Part shown: positions 10,075 to 24,070 of the stretch, in pieces
How the letters are laid out: the number at the start of each line of letters is the position of its first letter
How positions within the stretch are numbered: position 1 is the first letter of the stretch
DNA from: a virus
Lineage: Duplodnaviria > Heunggongvirae > Uroviricota > Caudoviricetes
Length of the DNA stretch: 47,013 nucleotides
Virus record (IMG/VR): IMGVR_UViG_2541047907_000003
Strand: one strand, 5' to 3'
Notes under the pieces: model-generated
What the model saw: the letters and a program-made list of their open reading frames with translations, nothing else
Database searches by the model: none
Told to the model about the DNA's origin: nothing
Program-made: the position numbers and the translations under genes

Positions 10075-12632
10075 CGTCCACCTCCGGAGAACAGGCCACC
10101 ATCACGCATCTGTGTCTGAATTTCATCACGGGCACCCTTGCGGGCCATGTCATACACCGCCTTCAGAGCAGCCGGACCTATCTGCCCGTTCGTGCCGTCG
10201 TTGTTAATCACCACATGGTTATTCTGCTCAAACGTCCCGGACGCCTGCGACCGGCTGTCAGCCAGACTGCCCGGTGTACCGACATAACCACCGGTGGCAT
10301 AGCCGCGCATCAGCCGGTAGAGATTCCCCACGCCAATCCGGCTGGTTGCCTCCTTCGTGAAGACAAATTCACCACGGTGAACAATCCCCGCTGGCTCATA
10401 TTTGCCGCCGGTTCCCGTAAATCCTCCGGTTGCAAAATGGAATTTCGCCGCAGCGGCCTGAATGGCTGTACCGCCTGACGCGGATGCGCCGCCACCAACA
10501 GCCCCGCCAATGGCGCTGCCGATACTCCCGACAATCCCCACCATTGCCTGCTTAAGCAGAATTTCTGTCATCATGGACAGCACGGAACGGGTGAAGCTGC
10601 GCCAGTTCTGCTCACTGCCGGTCAGCATCGCCGCCATATTCTGCGCAATACCATCAAAGGTCTGCGTGGCTGCACTTTTAACCTGCGACATACTGTCCGT
10701 GGCGCTCTCTTCCCACTCACTCCAGCCGGACTTCAGGCCTGCCATCCAGCTCCCGCGAAGCTGGTCTTCAGCCGCCCAGGTCTTTTTCTGCTCTGACATG
10801 ACGTTATTCAGCGCCAGAGAATTATCGCCATACTGTTCCTTCAGGCGCTGTTCTGTGGCTTCCCGCGCTGCCTGCCGGTCAGTCAGCCCCCGGTTTTTCG
10901 CATCAATGGCGGCCCGTTTTGCCCGTTGCTGCTGTGCGAATTTATCCGCCTGCTGCGCCAGCGCGTTCAGGCGCTCCTGATACGTAACCTTGTCGCCAAG
11001 TGCAGCCAGCTGGCGTTTGTACTCCAGCGTCTCATCTTTATGCGCCAGCAGGGATTTCTCCTGTGCAGACAGCTGGCGACGTTGTGCCGCCTCCTCCAGT
11101 ACCGCGAACTGACTTTCAGCCTTCCACAAATCCCGGCGCTGCTGGCTGATTTTCTCATTTGCTCCGGCATGCTTCTCCAGCGTCCGGAGTTCAGCCTGAA
11201 GCGTCAGCAGGGCAGCATGAGCACTGTCTTCCTGACGATCGCCCGCAGACACCTTCACGCCGGACTGTTTCGGCTTTTTCAGCGTCGCTTCATAGTCCTT
11301 TTTCGCCGCCGCCATCAGCGTGTTGTAATCTGCCTGCAGAATTTTCCCGTCCTTCAGTGCCTTGTTCAGTTCTTCCTGACGGGCGGTATATTTCTCCAGC
11401 GGCGTCTGCAGCCGTTCGTAAGCTTTCTGCGCCTCTTCGGTATATTTCAGCCGTGACGCTTCAGTATCGCTCTGCTGCTGCGCATTTTTGTCCTGTTGAC
11501 TCTGCTGTTCAGCCTTCTTTCTCGCGGCTTCAAGCGCAAGACGGGCCTTTTCACGATCATCCCAGTAACGCGCCTGCGCTTCATCGTTAACGAAATAATC
11601 ATCCTTGCGCAGACTCCAGATGTCGTCCGCTTTCTTAAACGCAGCCTCTGCCTTAATCAGCATCTCCTGCGCGGTATCAGGACGACCAGTATCCAGCACC
11701 GCATCCCACATGGATTTGAATGCCCGCGCTGTCCTGTCTGCCCAGGTCTCCAGCGTACCCATGTTCTCTTTCAGGCGGCGGGTCTGGTCATCAAACCCTT
11801 TCGTCGCGGCCTCGTTCGCAGCCTGCAATGCCCCGGCTTCATCGCCGGAATGCTGCAACTGAGCAACATACGCAATCTGCTCCGCCGTCACGTTATGGAA
11901 CTGGCGTGCCATCGCTGTCAGCCCTGACGTCGGGTCTGTGGTCAGCTTCCCGAAGGCTTCAGCGACCTTGTCCACCTCCACGCCGGATGCAGAGGAGAAA
12001 CGCGCCACACTCTGGCTGATGGATGCAATCTGAGCCTCACCGCTTACTCCCGCCTTAACCAGTGCGCTGAGTGACTCGCTGGTCTGGTTAAACGTCAGCC
12101 CTGCCGCCTGCCCGGCTCTGGACAGGACCAGCATACGATCTGCCGTCAGACCCGACTGATTGCCGGAAAGGACCAGCGTTTTGTTGAAATCGGACAGGGT
12201 TGAGTTGCCCTGATACCAGGCATACGCCAGCGCACCGGTCGCCACCGCCAGCGAGGTGGCCCCGACCATCGGCAGGGTGATCGCACCGGCAAGCCCCCTG
12301 AACATGGGGATCATCCCGCCGAAGGAGTCCTTCACCTGACCACCCTGTTGCAGCAGGATCAGCCACGGACTTTGCCCGCCTGCAAGCTGCGTGGCCACGT
12401 CAGTGAACTGTGCAGGCAGCATACGCATGGCGGCTTTATACTGCCCGACGGAAATCCCCGCTTTCTGTGCAGCCAGCGCCTGCCGGCTCATCGACTGTTC
12501 AACGACTGCCGCTGTTTTTTTCGCATCAGTTTCCGTACCGGAAAAATGACGCCTGACTCTGGCCATCTGCTCGTCAAATCTGGCCGCATCCAGACTTAAA
12601 TCAACGACCAGATCGCCTACCGGTTCAGCCAT
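10071..12632 (-). CDS. H: tail tape measure protein H
   Basis: 853-aa ORF, same length as lambda H; coiled-coil-rich centre, Gly-rich C-terminal region. Confidence 0.95.
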   Translation of the reverse strand: MAEPVGDLVVDLSLDAARFDEQMARVRRHFSGTETDAKKTAAVVEQSMSRQALAAQKAGISVGQYKAAMRMLPAQFTDVATQLAGGQSPWLILLQQGGQVKDSFGGMIPMFRGLAGAITLPMVGATSLAVATGALAYAWYQGNSTLSDFNKTLVLSGNQSGLTADRMLVLSRAGQAAGLTFNQTSESLSALVKAGVSGEAQIASISQSVARFSSASGVEVDKVAEAFGKLTTDPTSGLTAMARQFHNVTAEQIAYVAQLQHSGDEAGALQAANEAATKGFDDQTRRLKENMGTLETWADRTARAFKSMWDAVLDTGRPDTAQEMLIKAEAAFKKADDIWSLRKDDYFVNDEAQARYWDDREKARLALEAARKKAEQQSQQDKNAQQQSDTEASRLKYTEEAQKAYERLQTPLEKYTARQEELNKALKDGKILQADYNTLMAAAKKDYEATLKKPKQSGVKVSAGDRQEDSAHAALLTLQAELRTLEKHAGANEKISQQRRDLWKAESQFAVLEEAAQRRQLSAQEKSLLAHKDETLEYKRQLAALGDKVTYQERLNALAQQADKFAQQQRAKRAAIDAKNRGLTDRQAAREATEQRLKEQYGDNSLALNNVMSEQKKTWAAEDQLRGSWMAGLKSGWSEWEESATDSMSQVKSAATQTFDGIAQNMAAMLTGSEQNWRSFTRSVLSMMTEILLKQAMVGIVGSIGSAIGGAVGGGASASGGTAIQAAAAKFHFATGGFTGTGGKYEPAGIVHRGEFVFTKEATSRIGVGNLYRLMRGYATGGYVGTPGSLADSRSQASGTFEQNNHVVINNDGTNGQIGPAALKAVYDMARKGARDEIQTQMRDGGLFSGGGR

Positions 12633-13463
12633 ACCGGACTCCTCCTGCGATCCCTTCTGATACTGTCATCAGCATTACGTCATCCTCCGTCATGTCCGCC
12701 ACATCCGGGGAAGCGGGGATAACTTCATTCCCGTCCGGGCCAAAACGAACGCCTCCGGCAAGCCCTGCCGCTTTCTGCATCAGCACATCATCTTCAGGCT
12801 CTTCGTCAGCCTCGCGCCGGTTCAGCAGACTGAAATCCAGCGGATGCATCTCCGGATCGCTGAAAAACAGGCTGAGCACGGTGTACGTCAGCCCGGAAAA
12901 GTGCATATCCAGCAGAACATCATGAAAATAATGGGTACTGTAAAAGCGGTGCCAGTCGGCATACTCCGTGGATGACATCCCGGCAAGCATGGCGCGCCAG
13001 TCGGGTCGCCCCATCTCACGCGCCAGTTTCAGGGCAAAACTCAGCTCACCGTCGAACACTTTCCCGCAGAAACAGGCTCTGCAGACCCGGCGTCCTCTGC
13101 CTGTTCAGGAGCATCATTCACCACAAACTCATACATACCGGACAGCCGGTACACCACGTTTTCAGCATGAGAAATTGCCTCTGTGGGCCAGGTGGTAAGC
13201 ACTTCCTGCTCAATCTGTTTAACGGCTTCATTCATGGAAGGCAGCTTTGTCTTCTTCGGATGGTTATGCCACAGGGACATCGCCACCAGAAACGCGCCGG
13301 TTCTGATGGCGTCTTCCACAGTAAACTTCCGGTTGCTGTCTGACTCCGCCTGTTCTGCCTGCCGTTTCATCAGGTCGAGATGCTCAATACGCTGCAGGGC
13401 TGACAGTTCAGAAAGCGTGACGGTCACACCGTTATGTTCAAATGATTCGGTTTTCAGGAACAT
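12625..13463 (-). CDS. tail assembly chaperone G-T fusion, made by programmed -1 ribosomal frameshift
   Basis: G frame (13041..13463) and T frame (12625..13059) overlap at slippery heptamer GGGAAAG (plus-strand CTTTCCC 13059-13065); T frame has no independent ATG (track start is GTG). Confidence 0.85.
13041..13463 (-). CDS. G: tail assembly chaperone G
   Basis: 140-aa ORF MFLKTESFEHNGVTVTLSELSALQRIEHLDLMKRQAEQAESD... ending ...SAGKCSTVS; lambda G-like. Confidence 0.9.
   Translation of the reverse strand: MFLKTESFEHNGVTVTLSELSALQRIEHLDLMKRQAEQAESDSNRKFTVEDAIRTGAFLVAMSLWHNHPKKTKLPSMNEAVKQIEQEVLTTWPTEAISHAENVVYRLSGMYEFVVNDAPEQAEDAGSAEPVSAGKCSTVS
13059..13065 (-). other. programmed -1 frameshift slippery site (G GGA AAG) for G-T
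   Basis: heptamer read directly, 5 codons before the G stop; -1 shift gives GKVFDGELS..., continuing into the T ORF. Confidence 0.85.
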
Positions 13464-13478
13464 CGCTGACTCTCCGGA

Positions 13479-14219
13479 TTAACTGGCGGTGACGTTGATT
13501 TCTGCAACCGCAGCAAACTCACCATTACCAGATACGACCGGAATGTTGACCTTGCCTGCAGCAACACCTTTCACGGTGATGGTCATACCACTGACCGACA
13601 CGGTGGCTTTTGTTTTATCCGCAGACACCGCACGGAAGCTCTTGTCGGTTGCGCCTTCCGGCTGGAATGCCACGGTCAGCGTGGTGCTCTGCCCTTTCAC
13701 CACCGAAGTGCTGGCAGGCGTCACGGTCATGCCGGTTGCCGCTGTTACCGTGCTGCGATCTTCTGCCATTGACGGACGTCCCACGTTGGTGACTTTCACC
13801 GTGCGGGTGATCACTTCCTTCGCCGTCACCGCTTTACCGATACTGCTGACCCAGCCACGGAACACATCGACCGTGCCGTTCGGGAAGCGGATTTTATAGG
13901 CACGGGTATCACCTTCATTAAACCACGCCAGCAGCGCCTGCTGCCCCTGCTCTCCGGGCATCCACGCCAGCGTGAAGCTGGTATCTCCGGCGGATTTCTG
14001 CCCCTGCCCGGTCGCAGTCCAGTCTGCATCTTCATCATCGAGATAGCTGTCGTCATAGGACTCAGCGGTCAGTTCGCCGGGCGTCAGGTCTTTAACTTTT
14101 GCCAGACGCGACCAGTCAACGTCTGAAAGCGGATTCGCATAAGGGTCACCGCTCCCCTTATAAACCCACAGGGTGGTCCCGGCACCTTTCACCGGCATTG
14201 TAGGATTTGGTACAGGCAT
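13479..14219 (-). CDS. V: major tail tube protein V with C-terminal Ig-like domain
   Basis: track ORF 13479..14249; start placed at [24 protein letters not shown] (lambda V N-terminus), 10 codons inside the ORF. Confidence 0.9.
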   Translation of the reverse strand: MPVPNPTMPVKGAGTTLWVYKGSGDPYANPLSDVDWSRLAKVKDLTPGELTAESYDDSYLDDEDADWTATGQGQKSAGDTSFTLAWMPGEQGQQALLAWFNEGDTRAYKIRFPNGTVDVFRGWVSSIGKAVTAKEVITRTVKVTNVGRPSMAEDRSTVTAATGMTVTPASTSVVKGQSTTLTVAFQPEGATDKSFRAVSADKTKATVSVSGMTITVKGVAAGKVNIPVVSGNGEFAAVAEINVTAS

Positions 14220-14226
14220 AGCGTCC

Positions 14227-14622
14227 TCACATTTCATAGGTAATGACATAAGTCAGATCGGCTGAACTCCACAGGCCCGCATCATCGTCGCGCCGGTAGT
14301 CATAGCCGCTGGCCACCATACTGGTGATCAAATCTGACAGTGCCGGGATATCGCTCATCACCGGATAAATCCGGGACTCCATCCACGCATCCAGCTCTGA
14401 ATCCGGCACCTGAGCAGGCAGGAAAACTTCGATATGCAGCTCCGCCTGCCAGGTATCGCTGTCCAGCTCTTCGCCCGTGTATTCAGCGCCGGTGAGATAA
14501 ACGGCAACTGCCGGAAAATCCGCCTCATCAAAAACAGCGGGGCGACCATCAAAAAACGTCGCCCCGGTGTCATGCTTCTCCAGTGCATCCAGTACGGCTG
14601 CACGGAGTTCAGTATGTTTCAT
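14227..14622 (-). CDS. U: tail terminator protein U
   Basis: 131-aa [51 protein letters not shown]...; lambda U-like. Confidence 0.9.
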   Translation of the reverse strand: MKHTELRAAVLDALEKHDTGATFFDGRPAVFDEADFPAVAVYLTGAEYTGEELDSDTWQAELHIEVFLPAQVPDSELDAWMESRIYPVMSDIPALSDLITSMVASGYDYRRDDDAGLWSSADLTYVITYEM

Positions 14623-15197
14623 CGCTTTATTACCATCCTCAGTTGATGCTGCAGCGCATAGCCCAGCTCTTTCGGAAGACGTTCACGCCTTATCCGCTCA
14701 ATATTTTGTTTAAACGCCGTGGTCAGCGGCACCGCCATCGGGATTTTCACCACATCAATGGGGTAACGGTTTTTCCCGGCCACACGCTGCATGACATGCC
14801 ACCGGCCATTTTTCAGTTGCTGAATAAACGCGCCGGGAATACGACGGTTTCCCACCACAAGCACGCTGCCGCCACCTTTCAGGACTGAACGCTGCCCCTT
14901 TTTACGACGCCTGCGTCGGGACAGGACAATCCGCGCGTTACCCAGCTTTATTACGGGCAAATCCCCCCGGTTAACTTTGATTCTGGCCTGCGGATTTTTG
15001 ACCGTGGCCCTTTTCAGCCTGGCCCTTTCCTTTACCAGTTTCCGGCGTACCTTTGTCTCACGGGCAACCTGTGACGCCGACTGCGATATCGCGGATGAAG
15101 CAACGCGGTTAATGGCCATTGCGGCGGCACCGGGCACCGCCGTTCTGCTGATACGGCTGAGGTTTTCAACGGCCTGCTCAAGACCTTTTATGGCCAT
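14619..15197 (-). CDS. Z: tail completion protein Z
   Basis: 192-aa ORF MAIKGLEQAVENLSRISRTAVPGAAAMAINRVASSAISQ...; lambda Z-like. Confidence 0.9.
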   Translation of the reverse strand: MAIKGLEQAVENLSRISRTAVPGAAAMAINRVASSAISQSASQVARETKVRRKLVKERARLKRATVKNPQARIKVNRGDLPVIKLGNARIVLSRRRRRKKGQRSVLKGGGSVLVVGNRRIPGAFIQQLKNGRWHVMQRVAGKNRYPIDVVKIPMAVPLTTAFKQNIERIRRERLPKELGYALQHQLRMVIKR

Positions 15198-15208
15198 ACA
15201 TCCCCCTT

Positions 15209-15562
15209 TCAGCGGCGACGGTTAACGGCAGGCGGTACGCCCCGCCCAAGCCAGAGATGACAGCTTCCGCCATCATCCGGCGAAATCCGGTCTATCCAGA
15301 AGTTTTCCTCACCGATGGTCAGCGTGTCGCCGCGCCGCAGCTGCCGCACATCATCAGTCCGGACAAACAGGGACGGGCTGGAGCCTTCAACGCGCACGCC
15401 CTGTCCGGCATAGCTGATATTTTCAGGGTCATCAAAAACACCACGTATCACAGCACCGGACTGCTCACCGGATGTCATGGTGGCTGACGTTCCCATGTAC
15501 CCGCGTATCGTTTCATCGGCGCGGGCAATGGCAGCATCGAACAGGTTATCGAAATCAGCCAC
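15209..15562 (-). CDS. FII: head-tail connector protein FII
   Basis: 117-aa ORF MADFDNLFDAAIARADETIRGYMGTSATMTSGEQSGAVIRGVFDDPENISYAG...; lambda FII-like. Confidence 0.9.
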   Translation of the reverse strand: MADFDNLFDAAIARADETIRGYMGTSATMTSGEQSGAVIRGVFDDPENISYAGQGVRVEGSSPSLFVRTDDVRQLRRGDTLTIGEENFWIDRISPDDGGSCHLWLGRGVPPAVNRRR

Positions 15563-15573
15563 AGCGCCTCCCG

Positions 15574-15969
15574 TTATTGCATTCTGGCCAGGCCGCGCTC
15601 TGTCATTTCAGCTGACACACCGGCAGAGACACGGAACGCCGTTCCCGGCAGCACAAATGCCACAGCCTCATCCCGCGTGGCGTGAAGTGCATCAGTATGC
15701 AGCGTCACCAGTGCCACAACCGTGACCAGATCAGCCGTATCAGTCACGGTATCCGGCTGCGCTGATACAACCTCATTTTCATGTCCGGTCAGCGCATTTT
15801 CCGGGCTGACAGATGTGTCCTGACCGGCAGCGTCATCCGTGTCATCAAGCTCCTCTTCCAGCTCTGCCACACGGAGCACCAGTTCTTCTTTCGTCCCCAT
15901 CAGGCTGACATCACGGTTCAGTTGCTCACCCAGCACCTGAAGACGGGCAATCAGTTCATCTTTCGTCAT
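15574..15969 (-). CDS. FI: DNA packaging protein FI
   Basis: track ORF 15574..16008; start placed at internal Met MTKDELIARLQVLGEQLNRDVSL (lambda FI N-terminus) with GGAGGA Shine-Dalgarno upstream. Confidence 0.85.
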   Translation of the reverse strand: MTKDELIARLQVLGEQLNRDVSLMGTKEELVLRVAELEEELDDTDDAAGQDTSVSPENALTGHENEVVSAQPDTVTDTADLVTVVALVTLHTDALHATRDEAVAFVLPGTAFRVSAGVSAEMTERGLARMQ

Positions 15970-15990
15970 GGACTCCTCCACAGAGAGAAA

Positions 15991-16008
15991 ATGGCCCCGA
16001 AGGGCCAT
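15991..16008 (-). other. perfect palindromic hairpin ATGGCCC-CGAA-GGGCCAT between E stop and FI start
   Basis: 7-bp GC-rich stem with tetraloop read directly; followed on minus strand by TTTCTCTCT. Confidence 0.5.
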
Positions 16009-16010
16009 GA

Positions 16011-17036
16011 TTACGCCAGTTGTACGGACACGAACGCATCAGGGTCAGCCAGCAGCATCAGCGGTGCTGACTGAATCATGGTGAACTCACGCGCCGGATC
16101 GCCGGTGGTCACCCAGTTTTTCGGGTAGCGGGCAGAGGCGTTAATACCTTCGCGCTGTGCGTCCGCATCCTGAATGCAGCCATAGGTGCGCAGACCGCGT
16201 GCCTGAGTGTTCCCCAGCACCATCGTGTTGTCCGGCAGGAAGTTCTTTTTGACGTCGTTTTCTACGTACTGTCCGGAATACACGACGATCGCCGTATCGC
16301 CATACATTCCCTTATAGGACACCGCTTCGCCCAGGTCTTTTACCGCTGTCTCCAGCTCGGAATTAGAGCCGCGACGGGTATCCAGCTTCTCCTTGACGGC
16401 TTTGAAGGAACGGAACAGCGCCCAGCCTTTCGGATCAAACACGATGATATTCACCACTCCGCTGGCGTTCAGCGCATAGGCTTCGATATCGTCGGTCGGG
16501 TCATACGTGGACTTGTCACGCTTGCTCCACTCCGTACCACCGGACTGCGTGATGTTGTTCGCCGCACTGCGGCCCATATCCACCTCAACCGGATCGAAGG
16601 CTTCACCGGTCATGGTGTATTTGCCCTTAAGCACAGCAGAAACTGCCTGCATCTCTTCGACCTGAGCAATGGCCAGCTCTTCGTCTCGCATGTTCTGCAT
16701 GATGATGCGACGGCGGCGGTAAGCCGGGTCCGCCAGATTCTGCGGATCTTCATCCGGCAGGCGACGCAGGGTCATCTGCGGATTCACCTCATGCTTCGGC
16801 TTGACATATCCCGGTGTAAATTCAGAGGTGGAGCCGCCACGGGAGCGGATAACCTCACCGGAAACAATCGGCGAAACGTACAGCGCCATGTTTACCAGTC
16901 CCGGAATTTGTGAGAGATAGACTTTCTCCGTGGTGAAGGGATAGCTCTCACGGAAAAAGAGACGCAGAAACAGCGGATCAAACTTAAATTTCTGCTCATT
17001 TGCCGCCAGCAGCTGGGCGGTTGTGTACATCGACAT
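16011..17036 (-). CDS. E: major capsid protein E
   Basis: track ORF 16011..17063; start placed at MSMYTTAQLLAANEQKFKFDPLFLRLFFRESYPFTTEKVY (lambda E N-terminus); 341 aa. Confidence 0.95.
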   Translation of the reverse strand: MSMYTTAQLLAANEQKFKFDPLFLRLFFRESYPFTTEKVYLSQIPGLVNMALYVSPIVSGEVIRSRGGSTSEFTPGYVKPKHEVNPQMTLRRLPDEDPQNLADPAYRRRRIIMQNMRDEELAIAQVEEMQAVSAVLKGKYTMTGEAFDPVEVDMGRSAANNITQSGGTEWSKRDKSTYDPTDDIEAYALNASGVVNIIVFDPKGWALFRSFKAVKEKLDTRRGSNSELETAVKDLGEAVSYKGMYGDTAIVVYSGQYVENDVKKNFLPDNTMVLGNTQARGLRTYGCIQDADAQREGINASARYPKNWVTTGDPAREFTMIQSAPLMLLADPDAFVSVQLA

Positions 17037-17091
17037 AAAAAAATCCCGTAAAAAAAGCCGCACAGGCGGCCTTTAGTGATGAAGGGTAAAG

Positions 17092-17424
17092 TTAAACGAT
17101 GCTGATTGCCGTTCCGGCAAACGCGGTCCGTTTTTTCGTCTCGTCGCTGGCAGCCTCCGGCCAGAGCACATCCTCATAACGGAACGTGCCGGACTTGTAG
17201 AACGTCAGTGTGGTGCTGGTCTGGTCAGCAGCAACTGCAAGAATGCCAACGGCAGCACCGTCGGTGGTGCCATCCCACGCAACCAGCTTACGGGTGGAGG
17301 TGTCCAGCATCAGCGGGGTCATTGCAGGCGCTTTCGCACTCAATCCGCCGGGCGCGGTTGCGGTATGAGCCGGGTCACTGTTGCCCAGCGGCTGGTAATG
17401 GGTAAAGGTTTCTTTGCTCGTCAT
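17092..17424 (-). CDS. D: head decoration protein D
   Basis: track ORF 17092..17430; start at second Met [40 protein letters not shown]; lambda D-like 110 aa. Confidence 0.9.
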   Translation of the reverse strand: MTSKETFTHYQPLGNSDPAHTATAPGGLSAKAPAMTPLMLDTSTRKLVAWDGTTDGAAVGILAVAADQTSTTLTFYKSGTFRYEDVLWPEAASDETKKRTAFAGTAISIV

Positions 17425-17433
17425 AAACATCCC

Positions 17434-18039
17434 TTACACTGGTGTGTTCAGCAAATCGTTAACGGCATCAGATGCCGGGTTACCTGCAACCAGCGGTGCC
17501 GGTGCCCCCTGCATCAGACGATCCAGCGCAGTGTCACTGCGCGCCTGTGCACTCTGTGGTGCTGCGGCCAGAATGCGGCGGGCCGTTTCCACGGTCATAC
17601 CGGGGGTTTCTGCCAGCACGCGGGCCTGTTCTTCGCGTCCGTGAGCCTCCTCACAGTTGAGGATCCCCATAATGCGGCTGTTTTCTGCCGCAACCGCAGC
17701 GGTGATCTGCGCGTTCACGTCCGGCTGCGCCGCGCTGGCGTTTTCGCCCTCCGTCGCTGGCACCACGTCAGTAATGTCAGCCTGCGAAGCAGTGGCTGAA
17801 ACAGTTGTTGATTGAGTCTCTTTGGTCATTCGCCCTCCTGAGAGACGGGATTTACGTGCATCCAGTGCATCACGCATAACGGTGATCGCATCGGTGCTGT
17901 TGACAAGTTCATCAGCCAGTCCGGCATCAATGGCCTCCTGACCGCTGTACACTGCAGCCTCGGTATCCAGCACAGCCTGCACGGACAGGCCGGTATATGC
18001 CGACACCTTCTGCGCAAACATCCGGCGGGTTGCATCCAT
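17434..18039 (-). CDS. Nu3: capsid scaffolding protein Nu3 (nested in-frame in the 3' part of C)
   Basis: internal Met MDATRRMFAQKVSAYTGLSVQ... exactly 201 codons before the C stop, matching the lambda C/Nu3 nested arrangement. Confidence 0.7.
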   Translation of the reverse strand: MDATRRMFAQKVSAYTGLSVQAVLDTEAAVYSGQEAIDAGLADELVNSTDAITVMRDALDARKSRLSGGRMTKETQSTTVSATASQADITDVVPATEGENASAAQPDVNAQITAAVAAENSRIMGILNCEEAHGREEQARVLAETPGMTVETARRILAAAPQSAQARSDTALDRLMQGAPAPLVAGNPASDAVNDLLNTPV

Positions 18040-18733
18040 CCGGGACTGCAGTGTCTCCCGGACGTCATCCGGAAGATGGCTGTAGGGGTTGCCATCCACC
18101 TTATGGCTGCCGCTGTAAATCAGCGTGATTTCCACGCCCTGTTTCTCCAGCGCAGCACCGTAATTACTGTGAGCCATCATGACGCCGATGGAGCCTGTCC
18201 GGGCGGTCTGCGTGACCAGACGCCGGGAGGCGGCGCTGGCAAGCAGCTGACCTGCACTGCAGTTCATGTCGTTGGCCAGCGCCCATACCGGTTTTATGTC
18301 TCGCACACGGGCGATGATGTCAGCACAGTCAAATGCTCCCGCCACCATCCCGCCCGGTGTGTCCATATCGAGCAGAATGCCGTCCACCATCGGATCGCTG
18401 GCAGCCTGTTGCAGACGGGCGATAATGCCGTTGTAACCGGTCATTCCCGAATACGGCTGCAGCGCCCGCGTCCGGCTGACCAGCGTACCGGACACCGGCA
18501 GCACGGCGATGCCGTTCATGACCTGATAACTGCGGGCCTGTCGTGGTCCGTCATCATCACCGGATAACGCCAGCGCCGCGGGTGCCTCTCCGGCAGTCAG
18601 GCTGTCGCCGGACACCGCATCCGTCAGGCGACTGATCCCAAGCTGGCCTGCAAGCGCACAAAAGAAAACCCGCGCATAGGCGGGTTCAAGCATCAGCGGC
18701 TCATTAAAAGCCATGCTGGCAATATGCGGGAGA

Positions 18734-18753
<20 letters not shown>
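17434..18753 (-). CDS. C: capsid assembly protease C (S49/ClpP-like)
   Basis: track ORF extends to 18888 but lambda C N-terminus (V/M)TAELRNLPHIASMAFNEPLMLEPAYARVFF begins at a GTG codon 45 codons in; overlaps B stop by about 20 nt as in lambda. Confidence 0.85.
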
Positions 18754-22434
<3,681 letters not shown>

Positions 22435-22460
<26 letters not shown>

Positions 22461-22980
22461 TCAGCAACCCCGGTATCAGTTCATCCAGCGCGGCTGCTTT
22501 GTTCATGGCTTTGATGATATCCCGTTTCAGGAAATCAACATGTCGGTTTTCCAGTTCCGGAAAACGCCGCTGCACCGACAGGGGGATCCCGTCGAGAATA
22601 CTGGCAATTTCACCTGCGATCCGCGACAGCACGAAAGTACAGAATGCGGTTTCCACCACTTCAGCTGAGTCTCTGGCATTCTTCAGTTCCTGTGCGTCGG
22701 CCTGCGCACGCGTAAGTCGATGGCGTTCGTACGCAATAGTCCCTGGCTGGAGATCTGCCTCGCTGGCCTGGCGCAGTTCTTCAACCTCCCGGCGCAGCTT
22801 TTCGTTCTCAATTTCAGCATCCCTTTCGGCATACCATTTTATAACGGCGGCAGAGTCATAAAGCACCTCATTACCCTTGCCACCGCCTCGCAGAACGGGC
22901 ATTCCCTGTTCCTGCCAGTTCTGAATGGTACGGATACTCGCACCGAAAATGTCAGCCAGCTGCTTTTTGTTGACTTCCAT
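22435..22980 (-). CDS. Nu1: terminase small subunit Nu1
   Basis: 181-aa ORF MEVNKKQLADIFGASIRTIQNWQEQGMPVLRGGGKGNEVLYDSAAVIKWYAERD (winged HTH); lambda Nu1-like. Confidence 0.95.
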
Positions 22981-22984
22981 TGTT

Positions 22985-23200
22985 CATTCCACGGACAAAA
23001 ACAGAGAAAGGAAACGACAGAGGCCAAAAAGCTCGCTTTCAGCACCTGTCGTTTCCTTTCTTTTCAGGGGGTATTTTAAATAAAAACATTAAGTTACGAC
23101 GAAGAAGAACGGAAACGCCTTAAACCGGAAAATTTTCATAAATAGCGAAAACCCGCGAGGTCGCCGCCCCGTAACCTGTCGGATCGCCGGAAAGGACCCG
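22985..23200. other. lambda-type cos site (cosB R elements, cosN cohesive end, cosQ side)
   Basis: reverse complement of about 23158-23169 reads GGGCGGCGACCT (lambda 12-nt cohesive end) followed by CGCGGGTTTTCGCTATTTATGAAAATTTTCCGG; three CGTTTCC-type R elements near 23010-23020, 23047-23057, 23110-23119 between cosN and Nu1. Confidence 0.85.
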
Positions 23201-23368
23201 AAAAATGATAATAATTATCATCTACATGTCACAACGTGCATCTACGCCATCAAACCACGTCAAATAATCAATTATGACGCAGGTATCGTATTAATTGATC
23301 TGCATCAACTTAACGTAAAAACAACTTCAGACAATACAAATCAGCGACACTGAATACGGGACAACCTC

Positions 23369-23602
23369 ATGTCAACGAAGAACAGAACCCGCAGAACAAC
23401 AACCCGCAACATCCGCTTTCCTAAACAAATGATTGAACAAATTAACATCGCTCTTGATCAAAAAGGGTCCGGGAATTTCTCAGCCTGGGTCATTGAAGCC
23501 TGCCGCCGGAGACTGTGCTCAGAAAAAAGAGTTTCTCCTGAAGCAAACAAAGAAAAGAGTGACATTACTGAATTGCTCAGAAAACAGGTCAGACCAGATT
23601 GA
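23369..23602 (+). CDS. small basic protein, possible ribbon-helix-helix DNA binder
   Basis: 77-aa ORF MSTKNRTRRTTTRNIRFPKQMIEQINIALDQKGSGNFSAWVIEACRRRL; pattern resembles Arc/MetJ-type RHH; about 200 nt from cosN. Confidence 0.4.
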   Translation: MSTKNRTRRTTTRNIRFPKQMIEQINIALDQKGSGNFSAWVIEACRRRLCSEKRVSPEANKEKSDITELLRKQVRPD

Positions 23603-23644
23603 AGCAATTTAGATAATCGTGCAGACTACGCCCCCTCATATCAC

Positions 23645-24070
23645 ATGGAAGGTTTATCTATGGATCAGGTAGTCATTTTTAAACAAATATTTGATAAAGT
23701 TCGAAACGATTTAAACTATCAATGGTTTTATTCTGAGCTAAAACGTCACAATGTCTCACATTACATTTACTATTTAGCCACAGAGAATGTTCATATTGTA
23801 TTAAAAAATGATAATACAGTGTTATTAAAGGGCCTAAAAAACATTGTGTCTGTCAAATTTTCAAAGGATAGGCATCTTATAGAAACGACCTCTAATAAGC
23901 TGAAATCCAGAGAGATCACATTTCAGGAATACAGAAGAAACCTTGCTAAAGCAGGAGTTTTTCGGTGGGTTACAAATATCCACGAACAAAAAAGATATTA
24001 CTATACCTTTGATAATTCATTACTATTTACTGAAAGCATCCAGAAAACTACACAGATCTTACCACGCTAA
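23645..24070 (+). CDS. hypothetical protein in AT-rich moron block
   Basis: 141-aa ORF in AT-rich DNA; I do not recognise the family with confidence (possibly a Qin-prophage YdfO-like protein). Confidence 0.4.

Noticed and set aside
10462-12019. Series of 140-180-aa plus-strand ORFs
   Set aside because: All antisense to tape measure gene H; low-complexity Ser/Ala/Arg/Leu translations. Artifacts of an open complementary frame.
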